Shown here: positions 56,970 to 64,000 of the stretch, piece by piece
How the letters are laid out: each line of letters begins with the position of its first letter
How positions within the stretch are numbered: position 1 is the stretch's first letter
Assembly (NCBI GenBank): GCA_963707985.1
Contig: CAVPRW010000045.1
Coordinates: 64,001 to 128,000 of the forward strand
Length of the DNA stretch: 64,000 nt
DNA from: an uncultured Nitrospinota bacterium
GTDB taxonomy: Bacteria; Tectomicrobia; Entotheonellia; J063; CAVPRW01
Reading direction: 5' to 3'
Position numbers and translations under genes: made by a program
Notes under the pieces: generated by a model
What the model was told of the DNA's origin: nothing
Seen by the model: the letters and a program-made list of their open reading frames with translations, nothing else
The model's database searches: none

Positions 56970-57506
56970 TCAGGGCGGGGTCGGTGCCGTGAAGGCCCCA
57001 ATGGCCCACCCCAGGACCGTGCCGCCGATGAGGAGAAGCACTGGGTGCACCTTGGTCCACAGGGCCAACCCGAACGCGACAATGGCCATGAGGGCATAGG
57101 CCCAATGCGTCACGCTCTGCTGGGCGAGGTTCAGAGCCATCACGCCAAAGAGTCCGACCACGGCTGGGGCGGCTCCTCGGCCAAAACCCGCCAGCCACGG
57201 GTGCTGCATATAGCGCTGGAGTTGCTGGGCCGCCGCGGCTGCCAAGAACCAGGGCATCAGGAAGATGCCCACCGTGGCGGTGAAGGCGCCGCTGAGACCT
57301 GCCGCGTGGTAGCCCACAAAGGTGGCGGTTAGCAACACGGGGCCTGGCGTCAGATACCCACACGCCACGGCCGCCGCGAACTCCTGTGGGGTCATCCAGC
57401 CCATGTCACGCACGGCGAGGCGCTCGATGAGCGGCAGGACCGTCCCTCCGGCCCCGAAGGCCAGGAGGCTGATGAGCGCGAAACGCCAGAAGAGGTCGAC
57501 GATCAT
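56970..57506 (-). CDS. chrA: Short-chain chromate transporter, subunit 2
   Basis: SLLAFGAG; LTPGP; ATGA overlap with the upstream gene. Confidence 0.88.
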   Translation of the reverse strand: MIVDLFWRFALISLLAFGAGGTVLPLIERLAVRDMGWMTPQEFAAAVACGYLTPGPVLLTATFVGYHAAGLSGAFTATVGIFLMPWFLAAAAAQQLQRYMQHPWLAGFGRGAAPAVVGLFGVMALNLAQQSVTHWAYALMAIVAFGLALWTKVHPVLLLIGGTVLGWAIGAFTAPTPP

Positions 57507-58069
57507 GACCTCGCCTCCTGCCGATGCGAGAGCAGGAGGGTCCCGAGGAGGCCTGCCGCCACGAGTATCAGGGCGGCATTGATGGCCAGGAAGGCCCCAC
57601 CGACGAAGGCGGCCAGCGCAATGCCCCACATCAGGGATTCCGTGAGTAGAGGCTTGCCCAGGCGATAGGTGGTCGCCAGGAGGATGCCAACGACCACGGC
57701 CGTCAACCCGTTGACCATGGGACCCATGGCGGGGAGCGCGGTCGTCGCGCCATAGGCGGCTGCCAGGAGCACCATCAGCAGCGCCGAGGGACAGAGAAAC
57801 GCTGCCGTGGCAAGAGCAGAGCCGGACCATCCGCCGAGCGAATAGCCGAGATACGCGACGACCTGCGGGCCGGTCGACCCGGGGAGCAGTTTCGTATAGG
57901 TGAGCGCTTCAGTGACATCAGCGGGCGTGAGCATCCCGCGCTTCATCATCAGCTCACGCTCGATGAGCGGCAGGATGGTCCCAAGCCCCCCGAAAGCGGT
58001 GGCACCAATGCGCAGGAAGATCCAGCCGAGCATCAGCGCCGGCATCTTATGTGGTGGTGTCGGCCTCAT
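57503..58069 (-). CDS. chrA: Short-chain chromate transporter, subunit 1
   Basis: FLRIGATAFGG; LLPGS; hydrophobic. Confidence 0.88.
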   Translation of the reverse strand: MRPTPPHKMPALMLGWIFLRIGATAFGGLGTILPLIERELMMKRGMLTPADVTEALTYTKLLPGSTGPQVVAYLGYSLGGWSGSALATAAFLCPSALLMVLLAAAYGATTALPAMGPMVNGLTAVVVGILLATTYRLGKPLLTESLMWGIALAAFVGGAFLAINAALILVAAGLLGTLLLSHRQEARS

Positions 58070-58560
58070 CTGTCACCCCCTTTCCACATCCATCATCGAT
58101 ACCCGACCACCTGCGGTTCGTGGTCAGTTGGTCGAGTGTTCGACACGAAAGCGTCGCATGATATGGCCATGGTTCTTTCCCTCCGATGAGAACCTTCACC
58201 TCTGATACCCCTCCCACCCCGAGTAAATGCCTGCTCACGGCCGCTCATGTCGGTTGGTACGAACAGCACTTCTGCAGGGACGAATGAGGACAAGACCGAA
58301 CGACAGACAAGGCAGGAACTCAGAGAGGCATACGTCAATCAAGACGGGAGAGGAAGAATGGTCGTAAAGCCCAGATACAATACATTATCGAGGGTAACCA
58401 GGGAAGGGGAATCTGCGGTGGTGGGACGAACATTCAGGAAGTTTGTCGGATTGGAAGGTCGGAAATGATGAGATATCAGCGCCGCAGGAGCGGTAATCCG
58501 TTTGCGAGCGTGGTGTTCCACGCTGGAGACCTACGAACTCTTCTGAGGTCACTTGGAGGT

Positions 58561-58728
58561 TCAGGAATATTCATGTGCTCTTGAAGCATGAGCTGCCACC
58601 AGCCGAATCTCCTCGACGGTTGGCGGCTCCAGGTCAAAGGAGATGGCCGTCTCACGCACCACGGGCGCATAAATCGCTTGCACGCCTGGGGCATTATCTG
58701 GAACCGCCAGTCGAATCGTGGTGGTCAT
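58561..58728 (-). pseudogene. ArsN1/phosphinothricin-acetyltransferase-like GNAT, N-terminal fragment (not in the ORF track)
   Basis: MTTTIRLAVPDNAPGVQAIYAPVVRETAISFDLEPPTVEEIR, directly after acr3. Confidence 0.7.
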
Positions 58729-58755
58729 CACGCAGGTCTCACTCGACGCGGTTCC

Positions 58756-59888
58756 TCACGGTCGGCTCCGTCTGGCGGACCCCGGTGTCGCAGAGGGTCT
58801 CCATAGGGCGTCCTGGGGATACAGCCGACGACCGAGCCAGAGGGAGACATACACCAGCCCGATGAGCACGGGGACTTCCACCAGCGGCCCCACGACGGCC
58901 GCGAGCGCTTCGCCAGAGGCGATGCCGAAGACACTAATGGCCACGGCAATCGCCAGCTCAAAGTTGTTACTGGCCGCCGTGAACGACAGAGTGGCGCTAT
59001 CGGCATAGGGGAACTTCAACAGATAGGACAGCCCGAAGGACAACGTGAACATCAGACCAAAGTAGAGCGAGTAGCGGCACGGCAATCCGCAGGACATCCA
59101 GAGGCAGGGTGAGGATGACCTCGCCTTTGAGAGAAAACATCATCACGATGGTGAACAGCAGGCCGATGAGAGCCGTGGGGGCGAGCCTCGGGATAAAACG
59201 AGTGTCATACCACTCCTGCCCTTTGATGCGCCCCAGGATCAATCGTGTCAGGAAACCGGCCACCACAGGAATGCCCAAGAAGATGAGCACGCTCTTGGCC
59301 ACTGCCCACATGGAGATGTCGAGCGCCGTTCCCGCGACGCCCAACCATTGGGGGATGAGCGTCAGGTAAACGTAGCCAAGCACCGTATACATCACAATCT
59401 GGAACGCAGAGTTTAAGGCTACGAGCACGGCGGCGTATTCGCTATTCCCGCAGGCGAGCATGTTCCAGATCAGGACCATCGCGATGCAGCGCGCCAAACC
59501 GACGATAATCAACCCGGTACGGTAGTCCGGATAGTCCGGGAGAAGCACCCAGGCGAGGACGAACATAAGCGCTGGGCCGATGACCCAATTGAGTACCAGC
59601 GAGGTGATGAGCAGCCTCGTGTTGCCGGCAATGGCGGGAATCTTTTCGTAGTTGACTCGCGCGAGCACTGGATACATCATCCATAACAAGCCAATGGCAA
59701 TCGGCAGGGAGACGGTATCGAGCTTCATGGCATCCAGGGCCGGAGCTAGGCCGGGGAATGTTTTTCCCAGGATAATCCCAAAGGCCATGGCGAGAAAAAT
59801 CCATACCGGGAGCCAGCGGTCAAGGGTGGAGAGTTGCCCTACCACGGTGGGGCGGCGGAGTGCGGTGGTCGCAGTGCGCGTGTGTCAT
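58756..59888 (-). CDS. acr3: ACR3 arsenite efflux transporter with two apparent frameshifts (near 59850-59880 and 59067)
   Basis: [40 protein letters not shown]. Confidence 0.9.
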
Positions 59889-60058
59889 GAGGTCTCAGTC
59901 TCCTTTGTCTCCTGCGGATACACCTCGGTGGGTGCCACGCCGGCGTTCAGCACATCAAAGCGCTCGCCCGCAGCGTGACGCAAGAGGACCTCAACCATTT
60001 GACTGCGCGCCGCATTATGCGTGCAGACAAAGAGGACGCGGGGTTTGGTCTCGGGCAT
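59885..60058 (-). pseudogene. arsC: Second ArsC, internally deleted (57 aa, not in the ORF track)
   Basis: MPETKPRVLFVCTHNAARSQM..; TGA overlaps the acr3 ATG. Confidence 0.75.
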
Positions 60059-60079
60059 CGTGCGCGTGCTCCGTCGTGC

Positions 60080-60944
60080 TTAGAAGGCTTTTCGGGCGCT
60101 GATATCGAGGCTCGTGATGTAGTCCGCCGGCGTCGTGCCTTCGGGCAGGTGCGAGGCAATCGTCTGATAGAGCGGGCGCTCCATGCGGCCCAGGGTCTGG
60201 AGATACTCCGGCTTTGGCGTCAGCGTCAGCTCCGCAAGCCCGGCCTCGCGCATCATGCGCTCGGTGTCGGTGACGAGCGGCGCGCCGGCGATACACCCGA
60301 CCAGGGCTTCAAGGGTGCTGGCCACCGCTGCCGGGAGTGGCTTGAGGAGCGCCATGTCTGAGACGGCGACGCGCCCACCGGGTTTCAGCACACGGGCGAT
60401 CTCTCGCCACACCTGGGATTTGTCCGGGGAAAGGTTGAGCACACAGTTGGAGATGACGACGTCGACGCTGGCATCGGCTACCGGGAGATGCTCGATTTCG
60501 CCGAGGCGAAACTCGACGTTCTCGAGGTCCTGTCACTTCACGATACGTCTCGGTGTTTTTCCGCGCGAGGGCGAGCATATCGGGCGTCATGTCGATGCCA
60601 ATCACGCGGCCCGTGGGGCCGACCTTGGGTCCGGCGAGAAAGACGTCGAAGCCGCCACCGCTCCCGAGGTCCAAGACCACCTCACCGGGTTGCAGGGAGG
60701 CGATAGCCGTTGGGTTGCCACACGAGAGGCCCATGTTTGCCCCTTCGGGGAGCGCACTGAGTTCCGTCGCATCGTAGCCGATGCTCGTGGCAAGTGTGGT
60801 GACATCGATGGCGCTGCTGCAACACGATGGCGCGCAGCAGCTTTCGGCTGGCGCCTCTGGTGTCGTGGGCATGTTGGCGCGGGCAATCGCGGCGTAATTC
60901 TGTCGGACGGCTTCATGGACGGTCTCAGTCTCGCGGGTGCTCAT
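60080..60944 (-). CDS. arsM: Arsenite S-adenosylmethionine methyltransferase, one frameshift near 60526
   Basis: [46 protein letters not shown]. Confidence 0.9.
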
Positions 60945-61420
60945 ATGTGCATCTCCTCTTTGTGTTTGAGTAATACGTCAGGGAATTGCTGGATGAAGGC
61001 GCGAATCTCGTCACGAACACGCCGATAGTGGGTCAGTGCCTCCGCTTCACTCATGGCGTGTGCCGCCAGTCGCGGCGGGTCATCAAAGCCGAAGTGCATC
61101 ACTTTGGCGTGGCCCGGAAAGACCGGGCAGCTCTCGTGGGCATCGCTGCAGACGGTGACGACATACGCAAACGGGATGTGCGAGACATCACTCAGGGCTT
61201 TTGACGGTTGTGCGGAAATATCGAGCCCGACCTCGGCCATGACCTTGACGGCCAGGGGGTCAATCCCGCGCGGGTGGGTGCCGGCGGAATAGGGCTCAAC
61301 AACATCGGCCTTCAGGTGCCTCGCCCAGGCTTCGGCTATCTGGCTCCGACAGGCGTTTCCGGTGCACAGGAAGAGCACTGGGAGAGGTCCACAAGCGTGC
61401 GGTCCCGTTGTTGGCTGCAT
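60941..61420 (-). CDS. arsC: Arsenate reductase, LMW-PTP type
   Basis: [32 protein letters not shown]. Confidence 0.93.
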   Translation of the reverse strand: MQPTTGPHACGPLPVLFLCTGNACRSQIAEAWARHLKADVVEPYSAGTHPRGIDPLAVKVMAEVGLDISAQPSKALSDVSHIPFAYVVTVCSDAHESCPVFPGHAKVMHFGFDDPPRLAAHAMSEAEALTHYRRVRDEIRAFIQQFPDVLLKHKEEMHI

Positions 61421-61761
61421 AAGACCTCCGGGTCCATCGCAAGAATCTGTTTCAGGCGTGTGGCGTCTTCTCGAATGCGCTTGTCGCCTTTGAGTGTGTG
61501 AAGCGTCCAGTGAATGGCGTCGTGTGCGGCCTGCGGGGCGTCTTCGTCGGCCAGGCGGTAATACATCCAGCGGCCATCTTTTCGCCCATCGATGAGCCGT
61601 GCCTGCTTGAGGATAGACAGATGCTTCGAGACCGTCGACGGGGCAAGCTCTATGAGTTCAATCACCTGGCAGACGCACAGCTCTCGTCCGTCGAGCATGG
61701 CCACGATGCGCACCCGGTTTTCATCCGAAAGGGCTTTGGCAATGTTGACCACATCACGCAT
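61336..61761 (-). CDS. arsR: ArsR/SmtB repressor
   Basis: KALSDENR; ELCVC; STVSKHL; the 3' end overlaps arsC by 85 nt. Confidence 0.92.
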   Translation of the reverse strand: MRDVVNIAKALSDENRVRIVAMLDGRELCVCQVIELIELAPSTVSKHLSILKQARLIDGRKDGRWMYYRLADEDAPQAAHDAIHWTLHTLKGDKRIREDATRLKQILAMDPEVLCSQQRDRTLVDLSQCSSCAPETPVGAR

Positions 61762-61771
61762 TCCCACCTCC

Positions 61772-61820
61772 TATAATTCGTCATTTAACGAAATATACTG
61801 CTCGGGCATGAATCCGTCAA
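61772..61820 (-). promoter_or_regulatory. ars promoter and operator
   Basis: TTGACG-N17-TATATT; 10-6-10 IR TATAATTCGT-N6-ACGAAATATA (61772-61797) overlaps the -10 box. Confidence 0.75.
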
Positions 61821-61904
61821 GTGGATCAATCTTCCACCTGGGAAGGGCCGAGCAGCGGACATGCTGCCAATTCAGAGCTGTATAGAAAGGTTGATAAGGG
61901 AATG

Positions 61905-62150
61905 GCCGTGGCCCTTCCGGCTCGCATGCCGCCCGGTGCGGCGTAAGCGCGCACATATTCATCCACGTCTGCTTCTCGCTAGCCGGTGGCGGGTTGGTCG
62001 GAATCCCCCGCACCCCGCAAATCCAGAACGATTACGGTATAGTGCTTCGCCAACTCCGGCATAATGTGCCGCCACATATACCACGTTTCAGCAAAGCCAT
62101 GGAGCAAAACAACCGGCTCACCTCGCCCGCCCATCACATAATGCAGGCGT
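61905..62150 (-). pseudogene. Alpha/beta hydrolase remnant
   Basis: RLHYVMGGRGEPVVLLHGFAETWYMWR..DLRGAGDSD joined to DVDEYVRAYAAPGGMRAG. Confidence 0.75.
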
Positions 62151-62256
62151 ACATTCTGGTGAACTCACGACTGGATCGCTCCCACCTGTGGTAGAATGCG
62201 CTATCGATGCGCTGGCATTTCACCTCGCCAACCCCTGTGACATGGAGGATGCGCCG

Positions 62257-62886
62257 ATGTTGTACGAAGTCCGAACCTATACCCTGCGCCCCGGGACCGT
62301 GGCCGAATTTGAAGAGCGCTTTGCCGCACGGCTACCCCTGCGGGAGCAACACTCCAAATTAGGGGCTTTCTGGCACACCGAGTTCGGTCCGCTCAATCAG
62401 GTCATCCACGTCTATCCCTACGAAGACCTGCAACAGCGTACGGCCGTACGCGCCGCGCTAGCCCAAGACACCGCTCGGCAGCAGCTCCCCGGCGGTCGGG
62501 ATCTGGTCGTGGCGCAAGAGTCCGAGATTATGAATCCGGCACCGTTTATGCGCCCCCTGGGCAGCCGGAACTATGGCACGGGGAACGTGTATGAGATGCG
62601 GATTTACACCTTCGCCCCAGGCGACATCCCGAAGGTGCTCGATGGGTGGGGCAAGGCCATTGAGGCGCGGGAGAAGTTCTCACCTCTGGCGGCCTGCTGG
62701 ACGAGCGAACTCGGCGGGCTGAACAAGTTCGTTCACACCTGGGTGTACAAGGATCTCAACGAGCGCGCCCGCGTCCGTGAGGAATCCCGCAAGGCCGGCG
62801 GCCCATGGCCGCCACAGACCGGTGTGCGGCCGATCCGGCAGGAAAACAAGCTACTGATTCCGGCAACCTTCTCACCCGTGCGGTAG
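62257..62886 (+). CDS. Tandem NIPSNAP-domain protein
   Basis: YEVRTYTL..TEFGPLNQVIH, repeated as YEMRIYTF..SELGGLNKFVH. Confidence 0.88.
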   Translation: MLYEVRTYTLRPGTVAEFEERFAARLPLREQHSKLGAFWHTEFGPLNQVIHVYPYEDLQQRTAVRAALAQDTARQQLPGGRDLVVAQESEIMNPAPFMRPLGSRNYGTGNVYEMRIYTFAPGDIPKVLDGWGKAIEAREKFSPLAACWTSELGGLNKFVHTWVYKDLNERARVREESRKAGGPWPPQTGVRPIRQENKLLIPATFSPVR

Positions 62887-63315
62887 TCGTCTCTCGTGAC
62901 GACCCCACCGGGGTCCGCCTGGGCGGGACTGGCCCGTGGGGTAAATGTTTCGCCCGGGCGCCTTCTGGCGCGATCACCGGTGCTCAACAGACCGCTTTCC
63001 TGCTGCTCTGGCCCTCATCCGCGCGAGAGAGGCCCCGCCGCGCGGAAACGGCGGTACCGCTGGCACCCTGGCCCCTGCGGGGGGATTTTCAGGGATGCTC
63101 GAGCCAGGGCGAGGCGGCGATGCGGACCTCAACCGTCTCAACACCCGCTCGGCCCAGGTCGTGACACCTGAACCTATGACCGTGGCCCACATGACGAAGA
63201 CTGAGATGTGCTTCGGCGGCCTGTGAATCCTCGGCGACACAGACGAGCATCCCCGCGCCTACCGTTGCTACCCATCAGCGATGATGGCCTCAGCCATCGA
63301 CAGAGAGTACATCGT

Positions 63316-63615
63316 ATGAATCAGACGGGGAGCTGCTGGCACTGCAACAGTCCCCTGGACGCGACGGACCGCTACTGCCGCTCCTGCGGCAACGGACAGG
63401 GGCACTTCCTGCAATGGTACTATCAGCCGGTCTGGATCGCCGTGCTCACCGTGACCGCGCTTGGCCCGTTGAGTCTTCTGTTGGTGTGGCACACGCCACG
63501 GCTCAGTCGTACCGGCCGATGGGTCGCGACGGTGCTCATCGTGGGCGTGAGCGTGTATCTGGGCCACCAGCTCTGGCAAACGCTTCGCGTCTTGCAGAGC
63601 CTCCTGCTATCATGA
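63316..63615 (+). CDS. Small zinc-ribbon membrane protein
   Basis: CWHC..YCRSCG followed by two TM segments. Confidence 0.7.
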   Translation: MNQTGSCWHCNSPLDATDRYCRSCGNGQGHFLQWYYQPVWIAVLTVTALGPLSLLLVWHTPRLSRTGRWVATVLIVGVSVYLGHQLWQTLRVLQSLLLS

Positions 63616-64000
63616 TTGTCATGGGAACACCAGATGCCCAGTACATGGAGAGCCGCTCCCTCCACTCCTATGGACACTCCTCTCAATTCCCCCATGCGAG
63701 ACCGGCAGGAATCTCGCACTTGAGCCATTGGATCCCAAGCTATGCCATGCCGCGATCCCATACCAGCCGTCAATGGCCGAACCGCCTTTTGCCCTCGCCT
63801 GCTCGAGGGGATGGCCGGAGCGCTGTGGTTATCCCGCAACTGGGGTGTTGCGGGCGTCCTCAACAGCTTGGTCAGAGGAACCTCCTTTATAGGGGACCGG
63901 ATTGTTCACTTCCCCTCGTGAGTTATTCCGGAACCACGTTGTTCGGCTATAAGGGCCCGTCTGAGCAATCCTGCATCCGCTGCAACCTGTCGTCTAGCAT

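Noticed and set aside
1..64000. CRISPR array, tRNA, rRNA or integron attC array
   Set aside because: No regularly spaced direct repeats or recognisable RNA gene signatures seen by eye; the repeats found are IS ends or isolated palindromes.

Overview
A 64 kb GC-rich bacterial accessory region, roughly 60% insertion-sequence debris. It contains ISKra4-, IS3-, IS4/IS701-, IS66-, IS1634-, IS982-, IS5-, IS256-, ISNCY-, ISAzo13-, IS630-, IS6- and IS110-like elements, MITEs and a group II intron remnant, often nested with readable inverted repeats (IRs) and target duplications. Three cargo blocks sit among them. (1) About 8.8-18.8 kb is a phage/ICE-like remnant: serine recombinase, RHH-like and DUF29 genes, two ParB-like genes, an antirepressor-like fragment and a DACNV-type diadenylate cyclase. 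It also holds a transposase-free pssA cassette bounded by 69-bp IRs. (2) About 26.9-36.1 kb is an AT-rich type IV pilin island: sigma54 promoter, two pilins, two GT-C-like membrane glycosyltransferases and pilD. (3) About 57-61.8 kb is an arsenic/chromate resistance cluster: arsR-arsC-arsM-arsC'-acr3-arsN' and a short-chain chrA pair. The most notable observations are the long-IR pssA cassette, a MITE inserted in frame in the cyclase, and a pervasive A:T to C:G transversion signature in the decayed elements. I saw no CRISPR array, tRNA or rRNA. Family names come from motif recognition by eye, with no database searches. Several single-base frameshifts could be sequencing errors.
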